A DNA stretch of 64,000 nucleotides from Callorhinchus milii (taxonomy: Eukaryota). A model generated the notes under the pieces. It saw only the letters and a list, made by a program, of their open reading frames with translations. It ran no database searches and was not told the origin of the DNA. Made by a program: the position numbers and the translations under genes. Positions 14,201 through 29,200 of the stretch are shown here, piece by piece (positions within the stretch are counted from its first letter, which is position 1; the number at the start of each line of letters is the position of its first letter). Location of the stretch: NCBI RefSeq assembly GCF_018977255.1, contig NW_024704742.1, positions 77,812,001-77,876,000 of the forward strand, in the 5' to 3' direction.

Positions 14201-17200
14201 GAGACATATTTGAAAAGGAAAAATATAAGAGAATTTGGAGAGAAGTCATGAGAATGGGATAACTTCTCCAGTGAGCCTGTACCAACATAGTGGGCTGATT
14301 ATCCTCAATGTTATAAGATTCTATGCTTATAAGTTACAATATCTATATTACTTAAACAGCAAGGTGGAATATAGATTTTGATGCAAAATTGCTTTAACAA
14401 AAATATTTGATCAATATTTTAATATTAAAATAAACTCAGAACAATTGAAACATATGTTTTGCAGCACAAGAGATTTAAAAATGTAATTTATTTCAATGCT
14501 ACCAAATCATAGGCAGACAATACTAATCATGGAGAATAAGTTGTTTGTGTATCACATCTGTTGATTTTAGATGAGACTCACATCTGTACTTTGTAAATTT
14601 ATGCTTATACCTGTTGTGATTCACAAATCCTTTAATGGGAACTCAGGTAGAGTGTTTGGGGTATCTGCTTTTTTTGACTCATCTCCTAATTGAATGCAAG
14701 GATTAATATATTGAATTACGTTAATCTGCAAGTAAAAGGCAAGGTCTTATTTGTAAACTTATTGTATTTTGTTTTGCCCCCTCCTTCATGTCGCGCCTGA
14801 AGACCTTTCTCTTCGACCGTGCTTACTGTCACCTCCCATCTCCCCCTGGCTCAGCATCATGCTTCACCACTGTCAAGCGCTCTGGGACACTAACCTGAGG
14901 GCCACTATATAAATGCAAGTTGTTGTTGTTGTTACCAATCAATAACTTTTCACAGGATGGCAGAATTAAGGTTGGAGATCGTATCTTGGCTGTGGATGAT
15001 GAGCATGTTGTTGGCCACCCAGTAGAGAAGGTATTTTCTTAGCATTACATCTTTGCCTTGTTGTATGGGTAACAAAAATTAAGAGTATACAGTACATAAT
15101 GGGTAAAGAGTGCTATCCTATTTCGATTTCTTGAAAGGAGATCCTTGTTCATTACCTTGTTCAATATTTTTGGAACTGGGGGAAAGATAAGCAGGGTCTC
15201 CAAGGTGACATGTGTGGCAACATAATATTGGAATCGAGTCAACCCTCTGGTGATCTCAGTAGCCATTTCCTGATCCAAGTGGGTCCACAACGTTACAGGG
15301 CACTGCTGATGACAGCATTACAGGGCACTGCTGATGACAGCATTACAGGGCACTGCTGATGACAGCATTACAGGGCACTACTGATGACAGCATTACAGGG
15401 CACTGCTGATGACAGCACAGCCAACCTGGCTCACCGGTCACACTTGCAGGGGCAGACAAGTTACTGGGGCAGGGATTCTTCCTACTCAGCTCCAGTTGCA
15501 GGCCAAAGCCCCGATGGCTTGCCAGACAAGGCTCTCAATGGCAAGCCTTGTGGTTTCAGCTTGTTAGACCCCAGCAGTACCCCATTGTACACTCTGGGGT
15601 CCCCAAGACTTGGCTCTTGTTAACTTATGCTCAATACTCTCTGGAATTAGGTAAGCAGAATGAGTCCATCCAGGAAAAGAGTGCATATTCCAATACATGG
15701 GAATTACCATGTATAGGTGGGATGCATGGCACTCTTTAGTATGGTTTGGATACTCTTCAACATGGTGATGGGATTTCACTTGTGTCAGATACCTGGCTGA
15801 CCAAAATAAACTCTAAAATGAATTAGTAGAAATAGTTGTTGAAAAATACCAATTCACTAGGAAGAGGGAGTACCTGTTAAAGCTACAAAATAAGCATTGA
15901 AACAAGCTATACTCTGATAATTAGCTCATCCAATAGTTGAAATGATATTTGTTTCAGAGTGAAGTGCAGCAAGTGCACTAACCTGGGTGTTCATAAAATT
16001 CAAATGCAATATTTGGAAGAGCCCATTCTGTCAGGAGCATAAAGTGCAGAACATAAGGAAGCCATATAGTTTTGCAAATCGTGTAAAATTCTCATAATTA
16101 TTTGGTCATCTATATCAATATCAGCACACCCATCTTAACTATCAATCCAACTTCTCATCAAAGGAATTAGTGAAGGTAGCATCAACTAATTCTGATAGAA
16201 ATCTGCAGCACATATCTGTTACGTTATAAGCGAATCGAGCTTTGCTTGAGGTTTGTTCATTTTGTACATCTTCCTCTAGTTCTGCATCAAAAGATAAATT
16301 ATATTTGAATTGCAATTCAAAGATTTGTGTAATATGGTGTTGTGTGATATGGTAACATCATGCGTTCAATGCTTTGGGTGTTAATGCACTAATACATATT
16401 TCTACAATTTGCCTCTTGGGGACAAATATGGGGACAAAACTCAATTCTCATTTTGCATAGTGTCATATCTTTAATATCCACCCAAGGACACGGAGACAGG
16501 ACTTTAGTTTAACATCTCATCTGTTGAAAATCTGTACTGACATGGCAGAATAGACTGTGAGCTAAATGTCAATTGGATTTACAGTTGCCTTGCTAGAGGT
16601 AGAAAGTACCACTGACACAAGTCAAAACAAAGGGAAAGCAATAATCAAAACCTTTATCGAAAGGAGAGGGAAGAGAAGTAATTTGGTTCGAAAATTATTT
16701 TTATGAAGGAAATGGATACAATAATTTAACTTTGTATTTTCCTAGGTAATAAATTTGCTGAAGAAAGCCAAAAATATAGTGAAATTAACCATTAGTCCGG
16801 ATGATTTAAGTGTGCAGCAGTCTTCAGCACCATCTGTTGCTTCTGGTTCAGTAGATTTCAAGAGTGCCCAGTCTCCTCTGGTACACAGTATTACAGTCCC
16901 AACTGATGTAGACTCCATCAATAAGAGTAAGTACCAAACCTGAGTTTTGCGGCTTGAGATGTGCTTTTCGTTCATAATAATTGTCCCGATGTAGAGTATA
17001 ATTTCTAGAAGAAAACTGAGGCTTTACATTGTGCAAATCAATATCAATTACCTGTGAAGATCTGTTCAGTGAACAAATTATGATGGGAGAAGGTACATTT
17101 GGCCACCATATGTGGCAGCTACCCCTTCACCATGTTTTGGTTAACACATCAAGAAAAAGGTAAGGTATTGAAGGGTGACCAGTACTTGTGGAACTGTAGC

Positions 17201-20200
17201 ACAGAAGTCGGGAGAAAATGGGGAGAAACCTATAATTAAAATTAGCTTTTCCTCCAAGTACTTTCAAAATCTCACTTTGGCAGTTTTCTGTTTCAATTCC
17301 TACAGTTCACCACCAATCATATATTCCCGTAACCTGAGGTGCATGTCAGAGGCCTTTACTGAACCAGACACTAGAGAAGGAAATTTAGCGATATAAAAGG
17401 CAGAGGTGTAGGACTGAAATAGTTTGTCACATCAAATCCCATTGTTTTCAAAGTTGAGAAGACTCCTTGTAGTATAATAATCTTAATCAAATAATTCTTG
17501 CATTTGATATCGCACCTTTCACGTTGGGAAGGAATACTGTGAAGTGTAGTGACTGTAGATTTGTAGGTGAACATGACAGCCCAATTTAGCACAGCATAAA
17601 TAGCTATGAAATTAATGACCAATTTTATTTTGTGGGATTTGTTGACTGGGACACCGGGAGAAACTTCTCTTTTCTAGGATTACCATGAGATCTTTTTCTA
17701 GGATTACCATGAGTAACCTGAAACGGCAGACTAGACCTTAGTTTCAGCTCCTTGGGACGTCCTCCCGACATGAAAGGCGCTATACAAATGTATCTTGTTG
17801 TTGTTTCATGTCTCGTCCGAATGCCGGCACCTCTGACAATACATTCCCCCACTCACCCACCCCAGCGTCATCTTAGACTATTTGAGTTTGAATCCCATGA
17901 GCAGAAGTTAGCTTATTCACCATCTTCTGTTTGTGGGATTCAAACAATTACAATAATAATCCTTATAATCCTTGTATTTGATATAGCACCTTATCACATC
18001 TTTTAGACGTCTCAAAGCGCTTCACCGAATATACTGTAAAGTGAATTGACTGTATATTTTGGGTGAAACACGGCAGCCAATTGCGCACAGCAGTGTCCCA
18101 CAAACAGTCGTGGATTGAATTGCCAAATTATTATTTTTTTGAAGGAATTATTATCCCCAGAAAAGCGATCTGCCAATCAACTAACAACCAGCTTCCTACT
18201 TACTGCTAGGTAAACAGGGGCGTGTGGAGAAAGGAAACTTGTCCAACGTTTCACCCTGCCTGGGAATTGAACCCAGGTCTCTTGTTGCGAGGCGACTGCT
18301 CTAACCACTCCACGATTCCAGTATCGGCATTAACCAGCATTTTTCGGCGCTGTGCCAGTGCCAAATTAGGCCGGTAAATGCTGGTACTGACATTGTAATT
18401 ACACTTAGCCGGAACCTCCAGCTCACCGGACCGGATTTCTATTGGTCACATTGGTCCAGCTAGCTGGGGTTTTAGTGTATTGAATGTTTCTGTAGGTCAC
18501 AAGATCACTTAAGTACACATCACTTAAGATATTTTGAGCGCTGAGGGCATGGTTTAATTTTGTGTGTTTGTGTGAAGTGAGGTTTGACGTTCTAAAGGTC
18601 GAGTACCAAAAAGTTTCCTTTTTGTAAACAAACCTGTGTGTTTGTTTCTGTTTGTTTCACTTTTTTTGTTTTGAGGCTCAAGTAGAGCTTTAACCCCTGA
18701 CTCAGCTATATTAGAATTGGCATCTTGTCCAATCATCCCTGGAAGGGAGACAACTATTGAAATCTCCAAAGGACGTACTGGACTTGGGCTAAGCATCGTT
18801 GGAGGAGCAGATACCCTGTTGGTGAGTACTTCTAATGGGATAGACATTAAAAGACGTGCTAGCAGCACAATAGTCAGGATTTTAAACAACTAAGGATCAT
18901 CTATTCCGATTCAAACCACCCTATCTTGAATTATATTTCACTTGTTTTGAATAGGGTGCCATCATTATTCACGAAGTCTATGAAGAGGGAGCTGCAGCCA
19001 AGGATGGCAGACTGTGGGCTGGAGATCAAATATTGGAGGTAATTTAAACTTGTGTCCTAAACAAGATCAAACGGGATGAGCAGTTCAAACAACTAAAGTT
19101 GTAGATCTGTCTGATTACTATGTAGAAAACTTTTCAGATGTGTTGACTTTAAAACTAATACTGCTCATCGAAAACTCCACTGTCCACATCCTCACCCACA
19201 CCAAATTGCACACGCCATCACCCCAATTCTCTCCAGGCTCTATTAGCTTTCTATCTCCCAATAGATCCACTTTTAAGATCCTCACCTTCATGTCCTAGTG
19301 CCTTCCTTTCTCAACATTCATCGCTGGAAGTGATGTCAACAGTGATATTTTTCTACTGCAACCTGCTCATCAATTATATATGCAACAGAATATCTGAATT
19401 GTATTACAACTTTGTTCTTGCTTCAATTTTATATCCTGTATGTAGCAGGCTGGACACGTATCTAAATGAGCTTTATTGTACACCGAAAGCTGAATTTGTT
19501 TACCAATCTCACTGTTTCTATAGGTTAATGGAATTGACTTGCGAGTTGCCACTCATGATGAAGCAATAAATGTGCTGAGACAAACCCCACAGAAGGTTCG
19601 GCTGACAGTTTATAGAGATGATGGGCATTATAAGGAGGAAGATATGTACAACTTGCTCACGGTCGAGTTGCAAAAGAAACCTGGGAAAGGACTTGGTCTG
19701 AGCATTGTTGGAAAAAGGTAGCGAATTCTTAAGAGTCAGAAATTTGATGTATAAGGATTTTCTGCAGAAAATTGTATTGTCCTCCAATGTCTTGTTAAAA
19801 TGAATGCTTATTCTACATTTAACTAAGTGATCATTTCACGTGTCATCTTAACATGCAAAAATAATTAACCCACTAAAAACTTGTCTAATGAAGTGCACTA
19901 GTTTAGATTTAATCCTAGAGAAGGTTTTGGTTATTTCATTACATTTTAATATGGCGTTAGTCAATAATAACATCAATAATCAATAGTCAAATATGAATTA
20001 TGCATTAGATTATTACATATCATACACAAGGTTGAAAATAGATTTTCCTGTCAAACAAGAAATATGCATGGAAAGTAAAGGTTAGTATAAAAATCAAAAC
20101 CAAGTACAGGCTATAATCCAGTTGTTGGGATACAAACAATTCCAGCTCGCATTATAAGTAAGGTCAATGCATCGACTTCACAGGCGATATCACTGAGGTG

Positions 20201-23200
20201 CACTGTGCATATGTGAAGGAAAATGGACAGTAGTTCTCATACAATGTAATTATAGCATTGCTTACCCTGTTCTCAAAGTGCACAGTGAAATAAACTATCT
20301 TGCCTTTGTTATGAAGCGGGTTGGGATTCTATGGACCCTGCCTTAAAAACCAAAGCAGCAAGATGTCACTACCATTTCCTCCAGAAAAAGTAGATAAGAT
20401 ACTTTGGTCTGTTCATTAACACATATTTAACTCTATTACTGAGTGTTCTCTGCTGGTCTTTGTATATTTTTCTGATTTATAATAACATAATACACTTTTC
20501 AGTACCTACATATTCACTAGCTGTGACTTTATTAGGTGCTTTTTAAACTTCATTTATTCTTCGTCTTAAGTCTGTTAATAGGGCAAAAAAAATGTTATGT
20601 TGCTTCTAGGCACACTTTCTTTTCATCTCAAATGAATCATCCAGTATACAATTTAGTGGTGCTTAATTCTTATATGTAACAACATAAAATAAAACTTTGA
20701 ACTAAGTACTTTGTGAACATAAGAATTGCTAGACGAAAGATGACCAAGGTCCATCCAGTTCAACTTATAATAATAATAATCCTTGCATTTGATATAGCGC
20801 TTTTCAAGTCGGGAGGACGTCCCAAAGCGCTTCACAGAACACACTGTAAAGTGAATTGACTGTATATTTGTGGGCGAACCCGGCAGCAAATTGCGCACAG
20901 CAATGTCCCACAAACAGTCGTAGATTGAAAATGACCAATTTATTATTGTTTTGTTTTGGAGGGATTATTATTAGGCTCTGTGTGGAGTAAGGAAACTTGC
21001 CCAAGGTTTCGCCCTCTGCCTGGAATTGAACTCAGGTCTCTCGCTTGCAAAGCGAGTGCTCTAACCACTGAGCTACAGGACTCCACTTCCACCATCCACC
21101 TTCCACCATCCTGGCAGTCATCATGCACATGTCATGTCCCAAACTACAAGCAATCAAAAAAGAAAAAATATCTTTGGCATTTTGCTGAAGCAGAAGTTGC
21201 TTTCTTTCATTTGAGTTGAGTAATTCTTCAGAAATTTTAGAATGTAATGAAATTCTGTACTTATTTTCTACAGGAATGACACAGGAGTGTTTGTATCTGA
21301 TATTGTGAAGGGAGGAATAGTAGATCTGGATGGAAGACTTGTTCAGGGAGACCAGATACTATCTGTGAATGGGGAAGAAGTTCGAAATGCAACCCAGGAG
21401 ACTGTCGCTGCTATGCTGAAGGTCTGAGCAATACGTGCAGTGTGTCTTCATGGATATTTAGAATGTACCTGTGGATCTTTGTGATCAGATGTAGTATTGC
21501 GAACCTATAACCTATGTAGTTCAGCACCTATAACTTAGCAATGGCCCAAGTGGGAAAAATGACAAGACTTGTAGCCTAATGGATGTATTGCTAATTGTCC
21601 AGATACACACTCACCTTTCTCATCCATAAGCTTATTAAAGCTGACAGACACTTAAAAAAGCAGATAATCGAGAAGGTAAACCCCTGACAACTTGTCACTC
21701 CAAAGTGCAGCACGAGCGGAAAATGAGCTTTGCTCACCATGAGGTCCCGGTGTTGTGATTCTCTGTGTGGTGTGTCTCTCTCTTGCGTGTTTGTTTGTTT
21801 GTGAGTGTCTCTGTATGAATGTCTTTGTGTGAATGTGTCTCTCCTCTGTATATGTGTATGTGTCTGTGAGTGTATGTCTTTTTATTTCTGTAAGTGCGTC
21901 TCTTTCTGTGAGTGTGTTTGTCTGTCTCTCTCTCTGTCTGTCTCTCTCTGTCTATATGTGTGTCTCTCTCTCTCTCTGTGTGGCTGTGTGCGTGTGCGTT
22001 GGCGGCCCCCGAAAGGCAGGAAGGAGGTGGTGACCTGTAGCCCTGCAGTCAGGACACTGGCGAGCTTGGGGAGCAATGCTGGTATCTCCAGGCCTTGAAA
22101 TGTAGTGTGTGAGGGGAACGAACCATTCGGCCCTTCGGGCCTGTGCTGATGTCCCCCCCCCCACCACCCACCCAGTGGGCCACCCAATGTTTATTAAAGA
22201 AGCATTATTTTTTTTGCAACAATCTAATATGTATTATTTCTTCATGTTCAGGTTTTATTAATAAAGTGGAAAAATGTAGGTTGGCAGTAAAATGTACCTC
22301 TCAATAAAACCAATCAACCCAATTTTACGAAAAATTTGGCAAATTTCCCCATAATTTTTGCAAATATTTACACAATTTTCTATTGGCCCTGATTGTAGCT
22401 CAGGATTTGCATTCACAAAGTTGACATCCCAAAATACTATAGACATTTGATTCTCAGTGTCTTTAAAGGCCGAAAAAAGTTCTTTTTTTAGGCCACAAAA
22501 GTTTGCAGCTTTTTGTCGGGGTTTTCAGGTCTTCCCATTGTAGAAAAGTGTCTTGCACCCAAAACTCCGGGCACGATCACAAACTTGAAGTTGTAATTTG
22601 AGTCACAAATTCACATTGCACTATGCCTTATGAATATTGCATTTTAAACCTTGTGCTGCATCTCTGTGAATATTACAAGGCACTATACATGTGTAATTAA
22701 GATGCTCCCAAAAAGATCATTTAAAATGAAGCAGATTCTTCAATTGAAATTGCATTGAACAAACACAAAATAGGTGCAATTTCAATTATTTTTGTTTGTG
22801 TTTCACTTGGTGTTTATCATTTTGCATCCAAACACGTGTGACTGACTGCAGCTGCGTCCTTGAATCAACATTACTGTAATTTATTAGGAAAACGTAGATT
22901 TGCTCCTAGGTGATGTTTTTTAACGTGGTAAAATGCAAATGTTTGAAATTTTGTGATTGCAGCATACCACCTAAGGAACTCGACACACAAAATATAGAGT
23001 CTACTATAAACCGTCAACAATTTCTTAGATATACAAAAAAAGCAAATTAACTTTTTCTTTCTCGTCTTCAGTGTGCACAAGGAACAGTAAGACTAGAAGT
23101 TGGCAGGTTGAAAGCTGGATCATTCTCTGATAGAAGAGGTTCCCAGAGTAGCCAGGTTAGTGTTTTTCAGCTGATAGTTGAACTGTTTAATAAGAAAACA

Positions 23201-26200
23201 TGACTGTTTAATAGGAAGGGGACTTGTTTCTCTCCCTGACTTGGTTTGGTTTGGACAAATTCCCGGTTGCCTATGCAAGGTTAAGGGAGAGGGTGCATTA
23301 AAATATTTATGTAAATTGGAGTTGAATGATCCTGGAAGTTGTCGTATATAGAATCATATGTGGTACTTGTACACCGATTTACATAACTCAACAATTATAA
23401 AAAATCATTTGAGCATTTTTGGCAATGGAATTGCTATCTTTTTTCTTTTAGTGTTACTCTGATAAAAATTATCAGGTATGCATTTGCATTTATAGGGATA
23501 TTTATGTAGCTTATCTTCTAGGTACTTAGCCGCTAGAACATCCTAAACTATTAAGAGCTAATGGTCTTTGACTTACTGAAGCAAAGTACTTTAAAAGGTA
23601 AAAATAGATCCTTAAGTTAAACAGCCTGTTTTATTTCTTGAAAAAAAGTAGTGTTCTGTACTCTTGTCGCTTACGAGAACACTTTTTAAGAGATGACTGA
23701 GTTTGGAAGCAATGTAGCTCAGTAGGAGGGCAGACTTCTTTCATCTATGGCGCAGCTTGAGATCCGGCCCAAATTAATGGGCTGGGTACAAAGCAAGATT
23801 TGTTTGGCTGATTTTAACCCATTTCTTCTAGACAGTTCAAAGTTATTTGTAATTTAGCACAATTTGGCATTAAAAGTGTGTGTCTGCTTCAGAGAAGATA
23901 CAAAAATGACTAGTGTTGAAATGTGAAAAATTCCCTAAATGCAGTAGAGGATGTTCTGAAGTTAGCAGTGTTACTTAATATGTAGAGGTATAAAGAGATG
24001 CAGCAAAAAGACAGATATTGGGATTAAAAGATCTGCCAAGATCTAATAAGTTGATGGAACAGGCTCAGTGAGCCTCCAGTTCCTGTCCTCCTATGTTCTT
24101 AAGCATATTAGATATTTAGAAAAGATTACATTTTCTTAATTCTTAAACAGGGTGATCTGCTCAAGTCACTTGCAAGGTTCAGTGGCAGTAGCCAGTGTAC
24201 TCGCTCTTGATTTATTCTCCCTTCACCTCACCACAATAGTTGAGACTGCTGTGAGGGAAATGACTGACATAATCTGAAATTTAGCATACTATAACATAAC
24301 ACGCTGCATTTCCTGTACTACATTTTATGAAGAGGGCATTTCCTTCAAAAAACAATGTTTTTCAGTTCGTTCGAGTAAAAATCTTAAGTGCTAATGTCAT
24401 TTACTTTTTCAAATATATAATAAAGATTTTACGAACGGGAATACAGCTCTAAGCAATGGCATGTCAAGGAACATTGCACTCTTCTTTCCTAAGCATATTA
24501 GATATTTAGAAAAGATTACATTTTCTTAATTCTTACGCATCAAATATCAAGTTGCTGTTTTGTAGCTTTCAGGAGTTTTTATTGAACAAAAGTATGGTTT
24601 CACCCAGAACTTGTTCTTCCCCCGCCCACTAATTTTTTCCGTTTTTTGGCCTCCTTACACTATACATATATGGAGTATATACATACTCCTACTTTTCCTA
24701 CTTTCAATACATGTGGGAAATCAATACCCAAAATTCAAGCGGATCTTTTAACAGTGAAAGGTCAAACAGATTTTTGTTATGACAAGCCAAGTTTGTTTTG
24801 TATCCTCCCAAGCAATCACCCTTTTCTTTTTTATTATTATTGTAATGAAAAAGACGGATGAAACAAGCCAGAAATTCCACTGTGTTTTAGCCTTAACATT
24901 TTATTTTCCAAAAAATTGTGAAAAATATGTTAATTTCAATCTTAATCTGGAAGCCAGTATTTTAAAGTTAAAAAGAGCCATTTTGTAGATTAAGACTAAA
25001 TTTAAGAATTTTGCACATCTTAAATGTTCAAGCAAAGTTAGATTACAAGTCTTAGATTTAAAGCACCAGTGATGGTTATAATTAGTTTACGAGAGAATAT
25101 ACATAGGACATTGTAGATTAGATTGCTTTTTCCACTCATGTCATGTAGAAAAGTACACGGCATTGGTTTTTTGCATAGTTTTGAGGAATTAACAATTATA
25201 ATTTTGAAATAACTAAAATGTTGCAGCTAGTACAATGAAATGTGTGGTAATTTACCACAATAGTTTTATCCTTCTGATTGTGCATTTCTCCCTTTTCCTG
25301 CTGCTTAACGTATATTCTCAAAATATGATCTCTGTTTCAAAGGTGAAGATAATTTAACAGGAGCTTTGGTACTAACTACTCTCGGTGGTGGGGAATTTTC
25401 ATGTGTGGATGATGAACATCTGCTTTATTTTGCAAGCTGCAGAGGACCAATAAGGGTTAATCCTTTGAGTACTATGATAGTACTTCAGTAGTAAAATCAG
25501 AAGGATCATGACTGTTCCTTTTATTTCTAAAATAAAGATAAAACAATTCATTTGCTTTAATTGGCAAATTAAGATGACAAGCCGCAAGACAGAAGCTCAA
25601 ATATGTTATGTTTTCTACAGTCTTACTTTTCAAAAAACGATAGTTTTAGTTTTTTAAAACGATTGGAAATCTCGTCTACCTTTTTTTCTTAAATTCTGCT
25701 GGAGTGGGTAGGAGAAGTGGTTGTAATTTAAAGAGGTTCTATGACCCAGGTATTGAATGTGTTTTTCATGACCTGTGATTTGAACAAATTTCAAAAAAAT
25801 GCTTTAAATGAAGGTATGTTGCCTTTCAGATTTCAATATATAAATTTTCTGTTTAGAATTTATATAATTGGTTCAATACCTTCTGTAATTCAGGGTTACA
25901 TAGAAAAAGGTGCATATCATATTTGTAAATGTAAAAGGTACCTCAGTACTCCGAGGATTAACATCAAATGTACTGTGATCAAAGATGAACAGAATTCATT
26001 CAATACTCTATTTCAATCTGTGCTGTCACTATTGTAAGAATTTTCATTTACAATTGCATCATACTAATTCTGGCTATCCCCTTAGGTCAGTGAAGGGAGT
26101 AGTGGTGGTGGGCTGACTTCTTTCTGTTCTCCTGCTTCTGGATCTACACAAGCTGATGTATATGAAACTGGATGCAGAAAACATGCCTGTAAGATTCACA

Positions 26201-29200
26201 AGTTGTGTTATGAAGAACTAGGCCTAACACATAAAACTGAGTGTACATTCTTGATGATGGTTGACATTATTATAATGTACCCTATTGCTTGGCCCTATGT
26301 TGAGGAAGGAATGAACACTGACTTTTTTAAAAAGTAAATAGTTAAAGAATTTTATTATAAAAGAACAGACATGTATTTTATTCAATGGGACACTGTTGCA
26401 GGTTCCCTTAAGTACAGTATTATCACACTATGTAGCTCAAGAGGGGATTTTGAAGATATTGATTGGAGGCTAAGGGGCATCAGGCCCAATTGACGATTTT
26501 TATCAGTATTTGCGAGTTGTGATGGATACCAATGTTTGCTTGAATACTGTCCTTTGGGACCAAGCTGAGGAGAGGCAAAGGGTATTCTAGTTGTTCATAT
26601 CTCTCTTCAAGGATAGCAAAGTTCAAATGCAGGTTACACATGTGGTGTATAAGACATGTGTCAAAACAGTTCTATTTTATGGTTCTGAGCTTCTGGGCAT
26701 GGACCAGAGGACATCCTTCGATCCATTTGCATTACAATGAGATAGATTTGTAGTAAAAAGGATAAACAACGGAGGTAGGGCACTCACCTACACTGACCTG
26801 TTGCCCGGTACCCCCAGAGGCTAAGTTTGTCCCACAGTAAGTGCAGCTCTGCCAAGGCCCACGATATGAGGACCTTGATTAAACAGTTGGTGTTGAGTAA
26901 ACCTAAAACGTGCATTGGAAATGGATTTCCAGAACATTAAGGTGGCTGGCAAGGCAGTTTGTTGGAAGGCATTAGCTGTTTTCTGGGTTCATGAACACAC
27001 CTTTATATATCTGGTGCTTCGGCAGGAATATGGTAGAAATGCTGTCACCCATTTCATGTTAAGTTGTGCACCTCACCAAGCAGCTTGCAAGGAGTTCCTG
27101 GCACTTTTTTATCTATCTCGTGAAAACTCAAAGCACCACTCATCAGATGCTTAAAGCCTGACTGGTGATTGTCTTGGAGGGGAAAGAGGTAAGCAGGGTT
27201 GGCTACGGGTGATCCAGGCTACCCTCCATGTCTCCCGCCCGACCCACCTTACCATCGGTGGCCGGGTTTTCAGCCTCTCTTCCCCCACACTCTGGAACTC
27301 CATCACACGGTCCCTTCGCCTCACTTCCTCCCTTGCCTCCTTCAAGGCCGGTCTCAAGACTCTTCGATCGTGCCTTTGGTCTGCCTCCCACCTCTCTGCC
27401 TTCCCTCACCTCTACACCACCCCTCCTCCATGCTCGGGCTCCGACACCTGACTCAGCACTTTGGGACGTCCTCCCGACATGAAAGGCGCTTCATAAATGT
27501 AATTGTGTTGTTGTTATTGATGATCCAGCAATTGATGTATTCAAGGAGGTAGACGTTGCAGCAAAAATAGAAAAGTCAATGCTTTTAATCTGACTATTGA
27601 ATAAGACTTCTCATTTAAAAGGTATCTGTTTTCACAGCGATTATTCTCCCTATCCCAAACTAATTACAAGAGGAATTATAGTTCTGTTTGTCTGGGAGGA
27701 AGCTTCACAATTGACCATTGCATGCTTCATACACATTCAAGAATGCGATTTGATTTTTTTTAAATTTATTCTAAATGTGAAGTTATTTGGGCCCCTCTAT
27801 TTCTATCTGTTTTTTCATGTGTTTTGAGCGGATTTATCTGGATCTTTATATTTGCATTAATATTCAAATCCAATGCATGATCCAAGAACGTTTGTTTTGT
27901 AGGGCACAAACAAGTACCAACACCATCTTTCATTTTAATGGGAACTAATTTTCTGTATTTCTTAAGGAAACTTGTTAATAAGAATCTCTGTTGGACATAG
28001 AGGAACTCAGCCCTGGATATTGCAGTGGAGCAGAGTTCCCATGGTTTGATACAATGTTTTTCTGGTTACTAAATGGAATCCTTATTAAAGTATACAAATA
28101 AATGATACAAATAGGATAGGGTGGGCTCACTGACTGATTTACTAAATTTAGTGATTTCGACTAGCTGGCAAATTAATATATTAAAGTTATGTATCATTCT
28201 GTCCATTTAGATTAAATCAACATCAACATCATTCTGTCCATTTAGATTAAATAGTGCATACAATTGTACATCTTCCTGTAAGTCTTCTTTCTTCCTCCTC
28301 AACAAATAATTGGCACTAGCTAAATATGCCCTTTTTTGCCACACTACAACATCACCGACATTAAAAACACCTCCCTGTTGACCTGGACTTATTCCAGTCA
28401 CATCTAGAAGAATAAAGATGTTCCAAAGAGTAGACATTCTAATTTAGTATAGTTTGAATCATATTTATAAACACTGAGGTAACGTATTTTTAACTTCTGT
28501 GTAAGGTATTGGAGTGAGTAGGAGATAACTGGTATTGAAGCACTTAAACCTTAATTGTGTGTGTAAAAAAAGTATTACCTAATTTATTCATTATAATACA
28601 GTTCTGAGCCACATCCTCCTGATTATGCAATTGACGCTAAGCATGCAGGTTGTAAATTCAGTATCCTGCATCTCTTTTTCTTCAAAAATTTCACACTAAA
28701 CATTTCACTGTATATTCTTTCTTTTTGTATGAAGGGTCAGAGATTCAAGGGCTAAGAACAGTAGAGTTTACCAAGGTGAGTTTTAAATTTGTACACTATG
28801 TAATAAATCACTTCAGTGAGATTTGAAAGAATTCATCCCTAAAATTCTGCTGACCATCTGTGTATTCCTCTTCTACTTGTGATAGTGATGAATAATCTGT
28901 GTCCTAAATTACTTATCAATTTAAAAGTTTATTTAATGAAGTTGATCCACGTCAAGACCAGTATTTATCCTGCCAGTTCTGCTCAGTATAATCAAGTAAA
29001 TAGTACATGTAAAATAATATTGTACAAGGAGCATTAGCTGTTTATTTGGTATATTACAGTAGCTAAAACAATTTAATTAAAATTGGTTGGATATATTGGT
29101 AAGGGAATTTGTTTGTTAAGGGAATATGCCCTATAGCATGATATTAGGAAGTAGCTCAATAGAAAATACTTCTAGAAATGAGAATAGGGGAGCAAACCAT

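Noticed and set aside
15293..15417. CRISPR-like array
   Set aside because: The units are head-to-tail with no spacers, in a vertebrate intron with no cas genes; it is a minisatellite.
21805..22187. Cys/Val-rich and Arg/Glu-rich ORFs
   Set aside because: They are translations of the TG/TC microsatellite.
24151..24210. Possible alternative exon after ttcttaaacag
   Set aside because: There is no frame-preserving strong donor before an in-frame TGA.
25342..25460. Possible extra MPDZ exon after tttcaaag
   Set aside because: In the required phase 0 it hits TAA after four codons, and I recognise no homology.
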